The notes under the pieces were generated by a model. The model did no database searches and was not told the DNA's origin. It saw only the letters and a program-made list of their open reading frames with translations. The translations under genes and the position numbers were made by a program. From NCBI GenBank assembly GCA_964422735.1, contig CAYRCD010000002.1, positions 11,817 to 75,816 of the forward strand: a DNA stretch of 64,000 nucleotides, read 5' to 3'. Origin of the DNA: an uncultured Dehalococcoidia bacterium. GTDB lineage: Bacteria; Chloroflexota; Dehalococcoidia; DSTF01; WHTK01. This document shows positions 18,074 to 27,817 of this stretch, in pieces. Every line of letters begins with the position of its first letter. Within the stretch, counting starts at the first letter, position 1.

Positions 18074-19021
18074 ATGACTCAGTACATCATCAGACGACTG
18101 CTATTCGCCATGCTGGTCCTCTTCGCTGTCAGCGTTATCGTCTTCGGCGCCGTCCGTCTAATTCCCGGCGACGTCTGCAAGATCGTCCTGGCGACGAGCG
18201 ATGTCGATCAGAAGCAGTGTCAAGCGATCAGAGTCGAGCTTGGCCTTGACAGGCCCGGCATCAGCCAGTACTTCAGATATATGGGTGGCGTTCTCCACGG
18301 CGACTTCGGCACCACGCTCATCGGCAAGAGGCACGTCTGGACAGAGATTCGAACGCGTATCCCTCTCACTCTCGAGCTCACGAGTCTGGCGACCGCCTTT
18401 GCCATCGTCCTCGCCTTGCCTATCGGAGTCTATTCGGCGATAAAACAGGACAGGCCACTCGATTACGTGCTGCGGATCGTTACCATCGGCTGGCTTAGCT
18501 TCCCAAGCTTCTGGCTGGGGACCATGCTGATCGTCTTCCCGGCGAAGTGGTGGGGCTATAGCCCACCCGTTGGTTATGTCGATATCTGGAAAGACCCGCT
18601 AAAAAATCTGAACCAACTCTATCTTCCGGCCTTCGCGCTTGGCCTCGCCCTCAGCGCAAGTCTTGCGCGCGTCACGCGGTCGGCGATGCTGGAGGTATTC
18701 CGGCAGGATTACATTCGAACGGCACGCGCAAAGGGCCTCATCGAACGCCGAATTGTCACTCGCCACGCATTGAGGAATGCCCTTATCCCGGTGATCACGC
18801 TCTTCGCGATCCAGTTCGGCACCCTGTTGGGCGGCACGGTCGTGCTCGAATCGATCTTCAGCCTGCCGGGCCTCGGCACGCTGACGCTCTCTTCCGTGCT
18901 AATAAAGGACTACCCCCAGGTCCAGGGGTTAGTCCTCTTATTCGCTACCCTGCTCGTGCTCATCAATCTGATCGTGGATCTCAGCTACGCGTGGATCGAT
19001 CCGCGCATTCGGTATCAATGA
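18074..19021 (+). CDS. ABC transporter permease, DppB-like (cassette 3)
   Basis: 315 aa: MTQYIIRRLLFAMLVLFAVSVIVF. Confidence 0.85.
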   Translation: MTQYIIRRLLFAMLVLFAVSVIVFGAVRLIPGDVCKIVLATSDVDQKQCQAIRVELGLDRPGISQYFRYMGGVLHGDFGTTLIGKRHVWTEIRTRIPLTLELTSLATAFAIVLALPIGVYSAIKQDRPLDYVLRIVTIGWLSFPSFWLGTMLIVFPAKWWGYSPPVGYVDIWKDPLKNLNQLYLPAFALGLALSASLARVTRSAMLEVFRQDYIRTARAKGLIERRIVTRHALRNALIPVITLFAIQFGTLLGGTVVLESIFSLPGLGTLTLSSVLIKDYPQVQGLVLLFATLLVLINLIVDLSYAWIDPRIRYQ

Positions 19022-19917
19022 TGGCCGCAACCATCACTTTACCGGAACGCACCGGAGCCGACTTCCCCGCTGCTCTTGGGTTTATCCGCTCGCTTGCACG
19101 AATCGCCCGGAAGAAGCCGGTGGGTGCGCTCGCCGGCTTCTTCTGCGTGCTGCTCGTCCTGGTTGCGATCTTCGCTCACGTCGCAGCTCCTTATCCAGCC
19201 GACAAGCTGGGAACTGCTCGCCTGACTCCACCGTCCCTGTCCCATCCGTTCGGCACGGACAACCTGTTCCGCGACATGTTCAGCCGCATCCTTATCGGGA
19301 GCAGGCTGTCGATCGGCATCGGGTTCGCGGCCGTCGCCGTCGGCACTCTCCTGGGGACGTTCGTGGGCATTCTCACGGGCTACGTCGGCGGCTGGCTGGA
19401 CCTGGTCGGAAACCGATTCCTCGACACCGTGCAGGCCTTTCCGCCCCTGATCCTCGCCATCTTCTTCCTCAGTATCTTCCGGCCGTCTTTCCTGACGGTC
19501 AGCGTTGCGATCGGCATCATCATCACGCCGGCGACAGGCCGGATCGTCCGCGGTTCCGTGCTTACCATTCGTCAACTGGACTACATCCAGGCGGCGAAGG
19601 CGCTGGGGGCCTCTGAGGCGAGGATCATGGTCCGCCATGTGCTCCCAAACGTCATGGCGCCGATCATCGTGATCGCCAGCATCCAGGTCGGCAACGCGAT
19701 CCTGGCAGAAGCGGCCCTGAGCTTTCTGAGCCTTGGCATCGCCACCAACGCCCAGCCCAGCTGGGGGAAGATGCTCCAGGACACGCGGGCTGTGTGGCAG
19801 GCTGCCTGGTGGACCGCCGTAATTCCCGGCGCGGCCATCAGTCTCGCGGTCTTGAGCTTCAACCTCTTCGGCGATGCTCTCCGCGACGTACTTGACCCGC
19901 GCCTCCGGGGGGGATAG
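19018..19917 (+). CDS. ABC transporter permease, DppC-like (cassette 3)
   Basis: ORF 18991..19917 trimmed to ATG 19018, which overlaps the upstream stop (ATGA). FGTDNLFRDMFSRILIGSR. Confidence 0.85.
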   Translation: MMAATITLPERTGADFPAALGFIRSLARIARKKPVGALAGFFCVLLVLVAIFAHVAAPYPADKLGTARLTPPSLSHPFGTDNLFRDMFSRILIGSRLSIGIGFAAVAVGTLLGTFVGILTGYVGGWLDLVGNRFLDTVQAFPPLILAIFFLSIFRPSFLTVSVAIGIIITPATGRIVRGSVLTIRQLDYIQAAKALGASEARIMVRHVLPNVMAPIIVIASIQVGNAILAEAALSFLSLGIATNAQPSWGKMLQDTRAVWQAAWWTAVIPGAAISLAVLSFNLFGDALRDVLDPRLRGG

Positions 19918-20059
19918 CATTCGCACCGATCTGAGAAAGTTCGCCCGCGAAGGTTGCTTTTTCGACGAGAGGGCCAGCCATTGGATGGACACGGCCTGAA
20001 CGAAATATCCGGATGTGCTAGTTCACGCATGGGCGAAAAGCGCCCGAAAGGAGCAGTCG

Positions 20060-21733
20060 ATGTCGGAGCATAGCTACTGGGAGACCGTTACCAACGGACG
20101 CATAAGCCGGAGGCGAGCGCTCGCCGGAGCCGCCGCGGTAGGAACGGGCGCGGCCGCGCTGAGCCTGGTGGGCTGCGGTGGCGGCGGTGGCGAATCGAAG
20201 CCGTCCGCAGACTCGAGTAGCGGGACGAGCAAGACGCCGAAGGCGGGAGGCTCTCTCTCTATTCAGATCTCCTCCCCGCCGCCAAGCCTCGACCCCTACA
20301 CCCAGACCAGCTTCATCAACAGCTACATGAACGGCCTCACTTACAGCAAGCTGTTCCGGTTCAAAGCCGGCAGGCCGGAAATCGCTCCCGCAGACCCATC
20401 GATGGAGCCCGACCTGGCCCAGGCGATGCCGGAGCAGCCGAACCCGCTCCAGTTCACGATCAAGGTCAAACCGGGGGTGAAGTTCCAGAACGGCCGCGCG
20501 CTGACGTCGGAGGACGTCCGGTACGCGATCGACCGCTACATGAACTTCGACAAGTCCGTCCACCGTGCTACGTACAACTTCGTGGACAAGCTCGAGACGC
20601 CCGACCCGCAGACCTTCGTTCTCAAGACCAAGGCGCCTTTCGCCGATACGGTCCAGATCCTCGGCGGCAACCTCGCCGGTTATATCTCTCCCAAAGAGCA
20701 CGCCGAGGGCCCGGATGCGGCGACCAAGATGGTCGGCAGCGGCGCCTTCATCCACAAGGAGTACCAGACCGGCGTCAGCCTCACCTTCACAAAGAACCCG
20801 GACTTCTACGACAAGCCGTTCCCCTACCTCGATGAGTTGAAGGTGTTCATCACCACCGATCAGGCGAAGCGAGTCGCGGACTTCAGCGCGAAATCGATCG
20901 ACGCAACCTGGCTCTTCCTTCCCGAGGAGCGCGACCAGCTGAAAAAGAACCGGCCGGACGCCAAATTCGAGGAAACCCAGGGCATCGGCGGTTACATCTA
21001 CCTGCGCACCGACAAGCCGCCGTTCAACGACAAGCGCGTCCGTCAGGCCCTTAGCATGGGCATCAACCGCAAAGCGATCCGTGAGGCAATCTCGAAGGGG
21101 GAGGGCGTTCCGGACCAGGTTGTGTTCGTGGGTTTCCCCTTCGCCCGACAGGTGAAGGACCTGGGCGCCGCCGCCAAGTACTGGGACTATAACCCGACCG
21201 AGGCAAAGGCGCTCCTGAAGGCGGCGGGCGTCGAGAAGATCGACACCACCTGGGACCATGCGGACGCCTCCGTCTACACTCAGGCCTACACGGATGTCTC
21301 AACGCTCACGATTGCCCAGTTCAAGGAGATCGGGGTCAGCGTCAAGGACCAGCAGGCGCCCTACGCCCAGTACATCAGCACGACCTATCAAGGGCAGTAC
21401 GAAGGCATGGGCCACAGCCCCCGCGCCATTCCCGTCTATCTCGACTACCTCAGTGAGCGGTACAGCTTCGCGGGCGGCCAGCGGGCGCGGATCAACCTGA
21501 GCTACGTCAACGACCCGGCGCTGGAGGCGCTGTTGACCAAGCAACGCGGTCAGTTCAACCAGACGGAGCGGCTTCAGACGATCAAGGACATCGAGTCCAT
21601 GACCGCCGAACAGCAGTGGGAGATTTACTTCAGCACAGATACGCGGACCTTCTTCTGGGACCAAAGTGTCCAGAACTACCGGCCGCACGCCTGGTTCCCC
21701 TACTCGCACTTCATGTGGGTGTGGAAGGGGTAG
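20060..21733 (+). CDS. ABC transporter substrate-binding lipoprotein, family 5 (cassette 3)
   Basis: ORF 20015..21733 trimmed to ATG 20060 (AAAGGAGC RBS). MSEHSYWETVTNGRISRRRALAGAAAVGTGAAALSLVGCGGGGG. Confidence 0.85.
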   Translation: MSEHSYWETVTNGRISRRRALAGAAAVGTGAAALSLVGCGGGGGESKPSADSSSGTSKTPKAGGSLSIQISSPPPSLDPYTQTSFINSYMNGLTYSKLFRFKAGRPEIAPADPSMEPDLAQAMPEQPNPLQFTIKVKPGVKFQNGRALTSEDVRYAIDRYMNFDKSVHRATYNFVDKLETPDPQTFVLKTKAPFADTVQILGGNLAGYISPKEHAEGPDAATKMVGSGAFIHKEYQTGVSLTFTKNPDFYDKPFPYLDELKVFITTDQAKRVADFSAKSIDATWLFLPEERDQLKKNRPDAKFEETQGIGGYIYLRTDKPPFNDKRVRQALSMGINRKAIREAISKGEGVPDQVVFVGFPFARQVKDLGAAAKYWDYNPTEAKALLKAAGVEKIDTTWDHADASVYTQAYTDVSTLTIAQFKEIGVSVKDQQAPYAQYISTTYQGQYEGMGHSPRAIPVYLDYLSERYSFAGGQRARINLSYVNDPALEALLTKQRGQFNQTERLQTIKDIESMTAEQQWEIYFSTDTRTFFWDQSVQNYRPHAWFPYSHFMWVWKG

Positions 21734-21755
21734 CCGCACAGAGAGTCGTCGGCTC

Positions 21756-21793
21756 GAGGGAGCGTTTCGAACGAAACGCTCCCTCTTCTTTCG
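21756..21793 (+). terminator. rho-independent terminator ending the ABC transporter cluster
   Basis: GAGGGAGCGTTTCG-AA-CGAAACGCTCCCTC (14-bp perfect stem) followed by TTCTTTCG. Lies 23 nt after the SBP3 stop. Confidence 0.65.
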
Positions 21794-21975
21794 TGGCGTC
21801 CGCCGCTCGCCGACGGTTTGCGTCGGGCCGGCAGGAGCACAGCACCCAGGGCGCGAATTAACGCTGGAGCGGCCAGCCCGCCGTTGATTTAGGGGTATTC
21901 CCCGATTATCAGGCCGGCGCTGCTTTCTTAGTATGGGCTCGCCGCCCTTTTAAAGACGGAAAGGAGGCGGCGCGC

Positions 21976-22473
21976 ATGGAAGCAGTCCTCATGTATCTTG
22001 TGGTGCTTTCCGCCCTGGGGTTAATGCTGGCCGGCGTCTACGGAGCTATGCCGCTCTTGGTTCGACGCCAGGGCACGAGCGAGGCCACGGCAGGCGGCCC
22101 CAGCTTCGTCATCGGCGGCGCCATGCCCCTGGTCCAGCCCGAGCTAAGGGCCGGCTTCCGAGCCGGCCCTCGGGTCCGTGTACTCGAACCGGAGATCGAA
22201 CCCGAGGAACCCAGCGTCGTCGCTGATGACTCCCAGCCGTTCGCGAGCGTGGCCGACACCGAAGCCCTTTTGACGGGCCTGTTCGACGAGGTCGACATGC
22301 TTCGCACCGAGCTCGAGCGCCTGCGCACGGAGCTGGCGGCGCTGATTGACGTTGCCGGCGGCCGCCCCAATCCGGCGCGGCGGTCGCGGACCGGGCCGGC
22401 CGGCTCTCCACCCTCCGACCTTCGACGCCTGGTTAGCGACGCCCGCCGCGAACGCCGGATTGCCAGGGCCTGA
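21976..22473 (+). CDS. hypothetical protein (N-terminal TM helix, coiled-coil C-terminal half)
   Basis: 165 aa. AAAGGAGG RBS. TM YLVVLSALGLMLAGVYG. LRTELERLRTELAALI coiled coil. Confidence 0.5.
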   Translation: MEAVLMYLVVLSALGLMLAGVYGAMPLLVRRQGTSEATAGGPSFVIGGAMPLVQPELRAGFRAGPRVRVLEPEIEPEEPSVVADDSQPFASVADTEALLTGLFDEVDMLRTELERLRTELAALIDVAGGRPNPARRSRTGPAGSPPSDLRRLVSDARRERRIARA

Positions 22474-22620
22474 GCCTTCAGCCGCAAGGACAGCGCGCGG
22501 GAACGGGGCTCGACGCGGAGCCCCGTTTCTTGCTTTGAGGCCTCAGGCATGTGTCGGCCTTATGCGGGCGCCGCTGGGTCCGGCCTTCGTGCCCGCGGCC
22601 CTCGTGGCCAAAGTCCATCC

Positions 22621-23514
22621 CTAACTCTCACGCAACCCCTCCCGCGCCTCATGATATCTGTCCAGGAGCGGCGCCAGGTCGCGCTTCACTTCCTCTGGTA
22701 CGAGGTCGGGCCGCGTCACGATGGCATCGCGAAGGGCGAGGCGGCAACCGCAGGCGCGCCAGTCGGGCAGTCGCGCCGCTGCCGCCTCGATTATGCGTCG
22801 CGCGTTGCCGACGTTGCGCCGCAGGTTCTGAAGAATAAGCTCGACCGAGACCTTCTGTTCGGTCGCGTGCCAGGTGTCGTAATCGGTCACACAGGCCAGG
22901 GTCGCGTAGCACATGCCGGCCTCGCGCGCCAGCTTTGCTTCCGGCGAAGCCGTCATCCCGATGACGTCCGCCTGCCACGACCGGTAGAGCTGCGATTCGG
23001 CCCGCGTCGAGAACCCCGGCCCCTCGATCACGACGAGGGTCCCGCCGTCGTGGACGGTGACGCCCGCGGCGCTGGCCGAGCCGAAGAGCGCCGAGCTAAG
23101 GGTCGGGCAGAACGGACTGTCGAAGGCGATGTGGGCCACAATGCCGCGGCCAAAGAAGCTCTGCACGCGGTTCACGGTCCGGTCGATGATCTGGTCCGGC
23201 ACCACGAGGTGGAGAGGCGCGATGGCCTCCTTCAGGCTGCCGACGGCGCTCACCGACAGCACCTGGCGCACACCGAGCGCCGCCAGGGCCCAGATATTCG
23301 CGCGCTGAGGCACCTCGTGCGGCGCGATCCGGTGCCCCACGCCGTGGCGCGGCAAGAACGCCGCCCGAACGCCATTCAAAGTCCCGACCACGATCTTGTC
23401 GGACGGGTCCCCAAACGGTGTCGAGACCGCGATCTCTTCGATGGCGGTGACCCGGTCGAAATCGTAGAAGCCGGAGCCGCCGATGACGGCGAGCGTGGCG
23501 ACCTGCTCACTCAT
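22621..23514 (-). CDS. mtnP: S-methyl-5'-thioadenosine phosphorylase
   Basis: ORF 22621..23556 trimmed to MSEQVATLAVIGGSGFY (canonical MTAP N-terminus). PNP/MTAP family motifs throughout. Confidence 0.85.
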   Translation of the reverse strand: MSEQVATLAVIGGSGFYDFDRVTAIEEIAVSTPFGDPSDKIVVGTLNGVRAAFLPRHGVGHRIAPHEVPQRANIWALAALGVRQVLSVSAVGSLKEAIAPLHLVVPDQIIDRTVNRVQSFFGRGIVAHIAFDSPFCPTLSSALFGSASAAGVTVHDGGTLVVIEGPGFSTRAESQLYRSWQADVIGMTASPEAKLAREAGMCYATLACVTDYDTWHATEQKVSVELILQNLRRNVGNARRIIEAAAARLPDWRACGCRLALRDAIVTRPDLVPEEVKRDLAPLLDRYHEAREGLRES

Positions 23515-23552
23515 CTCTAAAACCGAGTCCTTCCAGTCTCGGCGGCGCCGGC

Positions 23553-24071
23553 TCATCCATAGCGGACGAGTGCTTCGACCTGATACCGACTGAGGCGCTC
23601 GCGCCCGCCGAGGCCGCCCAGCTCGATGAGGAAGACCAGGGCCTCGACCGTCGCCTCGAGCAGCTCCACGAGCTTCGCCGCCCCGGCCGCCGTTCCCCCC
23701 GTCGCGAGGACGTCGTCAACGATGACCGCCCGCTGCCCTGGCTGCAGGGCGTCGGCGTGGATGTCGAGCTGGCTCTGGCCGTACTCGAGCGAATATTCGA
23801 GCGACATGCGCGCCGCGGGCAGCTTTCCCGGCTTGCGCACCGGCACCAGGGGCAGGCCGAGTCTTGCCGCGACCGGCGCACCAAGGAGGAAACCGCGCGA
23901 TTCGATCGCCACGACGGCATCCGGACGGTGGGACTCGACCCGTGCGCTGATCTGATCGAGTGCATAGGCGAACGCGCTCGCGTCCCCAAGTAACGGCGTT
24001 ATGTCACGAAACAGCACGCCCGCCTGGGGAAAGTCGGGCACGTCGCGAATGAATAGCCGCAGATCGATCAT
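23553..24071 (-). CDS. apt: adenine phosphoribosyltransferase
   Basis: 172 aa: PRPP-binding VIVDDVLATGGT. APRT N-terminus IRDVPDFPQAGVLFRDITPLL. Confidence 0.85.
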   Translation of the reverse strand: MIDLRLFIRDVPDFPQAGVLFRDITPLLGDASAFAYALDQISARVESHRPDAVVAIESRGFLLGAPVAARLGLPLVPVRKPGKLPAARMSLEYSLEYGQSQLDIHADALQPGQRAVIVDDVLATGGTAAGAAKLVELLEATVEALVFLIELGGLGGRERLSRYQVEALVRYG

Positions 24072-24220
24072 GACCAGATTCTACGTCTGCCACGTTCCTG
24101 ACCAGATTCGTAGCCGAGGCTTTCCAGCCTCGGCGGCGCTTGTAAAGGTTGGCGGTTCGAGGCTGCGGCCTCCAATCTCTCGCTCCAACCGCCAACACCT
24201 AACCTGCCACCTCGTGACTT

Positions 24221-24736
24221 CTACACTCCCTTCTTCAAGAACCGTGTATGCTTCCGCGTCCGCAGCGTGGCGAGCTCGCTGGGCACGATGCTTATCGACC
24301 CGTCCACTTCGAGCACAGCCGTCTTCACCGCCGCGAGGTCGGCAACGCCGTGTTCGCGGATCGCCATCAGCACTTCGTCCGAATCGATACCCTCGCGCCT
24401 GAGGTTTTCCTCGACGAACTGACCATCATGGATCAGCAGCGTCGGTGTGCCTTCGACGGCGCGACGGAAGAAGGGGACCCGCTCACGGGCGAACGCGACG
24501 CCGTAGTTCCCGACGATGAGGACCCCGGCCGCGACGAGGCCGCCGGTTAGCGAGGTGTCAGGTCCGACCATGGCGTTCTGGACGGCGTTCGCGATCAGGA
24601 GGATCACGACGAGGTCGAAAGGCGTCATCTGGCCGATCTGACGCTTTCCCGCCAGACGCAGGCCGACGAGGAGGGCAGCGTAGATCAGGGCCGTGCGGGC
24701 CGCGATCTCCCAGGCGTCGACGTTGAGGTGGAACAC
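24221..24736 (-). CDS. DUF421 (YetF-like) membrane protein
   Basis: 171 aa: N-terminal TM pair then soluble C-terminal domain. Typical DUF421 layout. Confidence 0.65.
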   Translation of the reverse strand: MFHLNVDAWEIAARTALIYAALLVGLRLAGKRQIGQMTPFDLVVILLIANAVQNAMVGPDTSLTGGLVAAGVLIVGNYGVAFARERVPFFRRAVEGTPTLLIHDGQFVEENLRREGIDSDEVLMAIREHGVADLAAVKTAVLEVDGSISIVPSELATLRTRKHTRFLKKGV

Positions 24737-24756
24737 GCGCGGGCTTCCCCGCAGGT

Positions 24757-25908
24757 CTAGGGCTCGATGATGGCGGCGTGGACGAGGTTGCTCACGCGGT
24801 CGAGACGGGCGCTGTGCCAGGGCTCGGGCGCCGTGCCGTTGGTCAGGTAGGTGAACGAGACACCCGACTCCGGGTCCGCCCAGGAATACGACGTGCCGGC
24901 GCCGCCGTGGCCGAAAGTCGCGGGCGAGGCCAGCGTGCCCAGGCCGCGGATCGTCGGCGTAAAGCCGCGAACGTGGGGTCCCAGGCCCCGGTGCATCGGC
25001 ATGCCCATGGCCAGGTCGATGCGGTCGCCGGTGTGGTTCCGCGTGGCGAACTCGATGATCCGCGGGCTGAGTACGCGGACGCCGTTGAGCTGCCCGCCGG
25101 CGAGGAGCATCTGGTAGAAGGTCGCCATCGCTTCGGCGGTCGCGTAGCCGCCGCCGCCGGGGACGCCGGCGGCGAGGAACTCGGGCGTCTCGCGGTCCGT
25201 CGGCGCCACCTCGCCGTCTTTCAGGGCGTGAAGCGTCGCGCAGCGGCCGCGCGCCTCCTCGGACACACCGACGAAGATGTCCGCCAGCCCCACGGGGTCG
25301 AGTAGCTCGGAGCGGACCACGTCACGGAAGTCGCGCCCTGTGACGGCCTCGATGAGGGCGCCGGCGACCCAGTGCGCAGAGACACCGTGGTACTGGACCT
25401 GCGACCCCGGCGTCCAGTCGAGGCTAAAGTCGCAGACCTCGCGCCTCAGCAGCTCGTGGTCGCCCCAGGCCGCCTCACTAACGTTCGCCCGCGGAAAGCC
25501 GCCCTGGTGGGTGAGGACCTGGAAGAGCGTAATCTCGCTCTTGCCGTTCTTCTCGAACTCGGGAATGTGGTCGGCGATGCGGTCGGAGAAGCGCAGGGCG
25601 CCGCGGTCGACCAGCGTCCAGACCGTGGCCGTGACGATGACCTTTGTCTGCGAGAACAAGAGCCACAGGTGGTCGTCGCGGGCCGGCGTTGGCGGCGCCA
25701 TCCTCGCCTGGCCAAAGGACCGCAAGGCGGCGAGCTTGCCGTTACGCGCGACCGCTATCGCGGCGCCGGGATAGCGGCCTTCCGCGATCTGGGAGTCGAT
25801 AAGGCGAAAAAGCTGCTCCAGGCGCTCGGGGTCGAGCCCCAGCGATTCGGGGCTCGCCTTCGGCAATAGCGAGTGGCTGGCAATCGGGCGGACTTCGGTC
25901 GTGGCCAC
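24757..25908 (-). CDS. serine hydrolase, class-C beta-lactamase/esterase family
   Basis: 383 aa: S-x-x-K motif LFSQTK. Beta-lactamase fold length. Confidence 0.8.
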   Translation of the reverse strand: MATTEVRPIASHSLLPKASPESLGLDPERLEQLFRLIDSQIAEGRYPGAAIAVARNGKLAALRSFGQARMAPPTPARDDHLWLLFSQTKVIVTATVWTLVDRGALRFSDRIADHIPEFEKNGKSEITLFQVLTHQGGFPRANVSEAAWGDHELLRREVCDFSLDWTPGSQVQYHGVSAHWVAGALIEAVTGRDFRDVVRSELLDPVGLADIFVGVSEEARGRCATLHALKDGEVAPTDRETPEFLAAGVPGGGGYATAEAMATFYQMLLAGGQLNGVRVLSPRIIEFATRNHTGDRIDLAMGMPMHRGLGPHVRGFTPTIRGLGTLASPATFGHGGAGTSYSWADPESGVSFTYLTNGTAPEPWHSARLDRVSNLVHAAIIEP

Positions 25909-26006
25909 TTTACCTCTCCTTCAAGAACGGGGGGCGCGGCAATCATACGTCACTTGGGCGAGAGGCGCGCATAACATACGGATCTCGGCACGTGGTCCGC
26001 GCGCGC

Positions 26007-27731
26007 CTATCGCTCCACGACCGGCAGCACCAGCCGCGAGGGCCGCTCACGGTCGAAGTACACAGTGTTCTCCGCGACGACGCGACGCACGCGGCCGGCG
26101 GCGAGCGTAAAAGGCGGCTCGCCGGTATTCGGGTTTGCGTCGAAGCGGGGGAAGTTGCTGCTCGAAATATCGAGACGGATGCGGTGGCCGCGACGGAACA
26201 GCTGGCTGGTGGACCAGAGGTCGATGCGGAGCTCGTAGGGGCGGCCGGGTTCGAGGAGGACGGCGCGCTCCAGCGATTCGCGGTGTCGCCCACGAACGAC
26301 GCCGTCGCAGATGTTAAACGCCCGCCCGTCCGGGTGGACGTCGACCAGCTTGGCCGTGAAGTCGGTGTCTGCGCAGGTCGAAGACGCCCACACATGGGCG
26401 ATGACCCTTCCCGTCACCTCCACGTCCTCCTCCAGCGGGTCCGTCTGGAAGGTGAGGACGTCGGCGCGCCCCTCGAGTGGCTTCTGGTCGTAAGGGCCGC
26501 AGGGATAGTTAACCCACTCGCAGCCGCCCAGGGCGATTACCGGGTCCTTTGCGTCGTAGCGGTAGGTCCGAGGGCGCTCGCCGTGGGGCTGAGTCTGGTC
26601 CAGACGGCCGTCGGCGTGGAGAAAGAAATCCCTATTCCACGCCCGGGCAAGCGGCCATTCGTTCTCGGGGCGCCAGATGTTCGCTCCCATGACGAAGATC
26701 AGGACCGGCGCCTCGTCCATAAGGCCGCTGTCGATGCCGCGCAGCCAGTGGTCGAACCAGCGCTTGCGAGTCTGGAACGGGTCGAGGGTCATCACCTCCG
26801 GTCCGTAGTCGAGGTCGCCGACGGTCGATCGGCCCCAGCTGACGTGCTGCCAGGGGCCGACGATCAGCTTCTGGGCTTCGCGCGCCGCCTCTGACTTCGC
26901 GTTGCTCCTCAGGCCAAGGTAGCTGTCGATCGTCCCCTGGAGGAAGGTGTCGTACCAGCCGCCGGCGTGGAGCATGGGCGTATCCATGTCCTTATGTTGA
27001 GTCGCGAAGTCGTACGGCTGCCAGAAGGCGCTGTACTCCGGATGCTCCATGAACTCCGTGAACCAGGAGTTGCCGAAAAGCCCCTCGAGCAGCGGGAAAT
27101 CGCGAAACGACCACTCGCGGAGCAGCGGCTCGATCTGCAGGGCCTTCATGTCTTCCGGCGTGACCCACACCTGGCGACGCGCCTCCTCCAACGCCTCCGC
27201 CCGCCGCGGGAAGTGTCGCAGGTTGTCCTGCGCCAGCAGGACCAGCCACGAGAGGTTGAACGAGAGGCGGAAAGCGCCGCCCTGGTACCACCAGTAGTGG
27301 AAAACGCTGGCCGGCGCGAAGCCGGGGACCATCGCCTTGAGGTGCGGTGGCCGTGTGGGCGCCGCCAGGTACTGGACGGTGCCGACGTGCGACTCGCCGG
27401 TTTGGCCAACAGCGCCGTCGGACCACGGTTGCCGCGCGATCCACTCGATCGTGTCGTAGCCGTCATCGGGGTCGTTGCGGTAGGGGTAAAACTCGCCCGC
27501 CGAGTCGAAGCGGCCGCGCACGTCCTGGCGGACGTAGGCATAGCCGGCATCGACCCAGGCGGGCGCAGCCAGGCGCTGGTTGGTCTTGTCGTAGGGCGTG
27601 CGCACCAGAACCGTCGGGAACGTGCCCTCGGCGCTCGGCCGCAGTATGCCCGCTGCGAGACGCGTCCCATCCCGCATGGGGATCATGACCTGCTCTTCGT
27701 GGATGTAGCGGTCGCGCTGCTCCGAGGTCAC
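26007..27731 (-). CDS. CocE/NonD family hydrolase (peptidase S15 / X-Pro dipeptidyl-peptidase-like)
   Basis: 574 aa: GYAYVRQDVRGRFDSAGEF and GQTGESHVG nucleophile elbow. C-terminal beta-sandwich. Confidence 0.8.
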   Translation of the reverse strand: MTSEQRDRYIHEEQVMIPMRDGTRLAAGILRPSAEGTFPTVLVRTPYDKTNQRLAAPAWVDAGYAYVRQDVRGRFDSAGEFYPYRNDPDDGYDTIEWIARQPWSDGAVGQTGESHVGTVQYLAAPTRPPHLKAMVPGFAPASVFHYWWYQGGAFRLSFNLSWLVLLAQDNLRHFPRRAEALEEARRQVWVTPEDMKALQIEPLLREWSFRDFPLLEGLFGNSWFTEFMEHPEYSAFWQPYDFATQHKDMDTPMLHAGGWYDTFLQGTIDSYLGLRSNAKSEAAREAQKLIVGPWQHVSWGRSTVGDLDYGPEVMTLDPFQTRKRWFDHWLRGIDSGLMDEAPVLIFVMGANIWRPENEWPLARAWNRDFFLHADGRLDQTQPHGERPRTYRYDAKDPVIALGGCEWVNYPCGPYDQKPLEGRADVLTFQTDPLEEDVEVTGRVIAHVWASSTCADTDFTAKLVDVHPDGRAFNICDGVVRGRHRESLERAVLLEPGRPYELRIDLWSTSQLFRRGHRIRLDISSSNFPRFDANPNTGEPPFTLAAGRVRRVVAENTVYFDRERPSRLVLPVVER

Positions 27732-27817
27732 ACCGCTGCCCCTTCCGACTCGGGGGGAGTTTAGCGTAGCTTGCCAAACAAAACGCGCGGAGATACGGTC
27801 AAGTAGAATTGCCTGAG

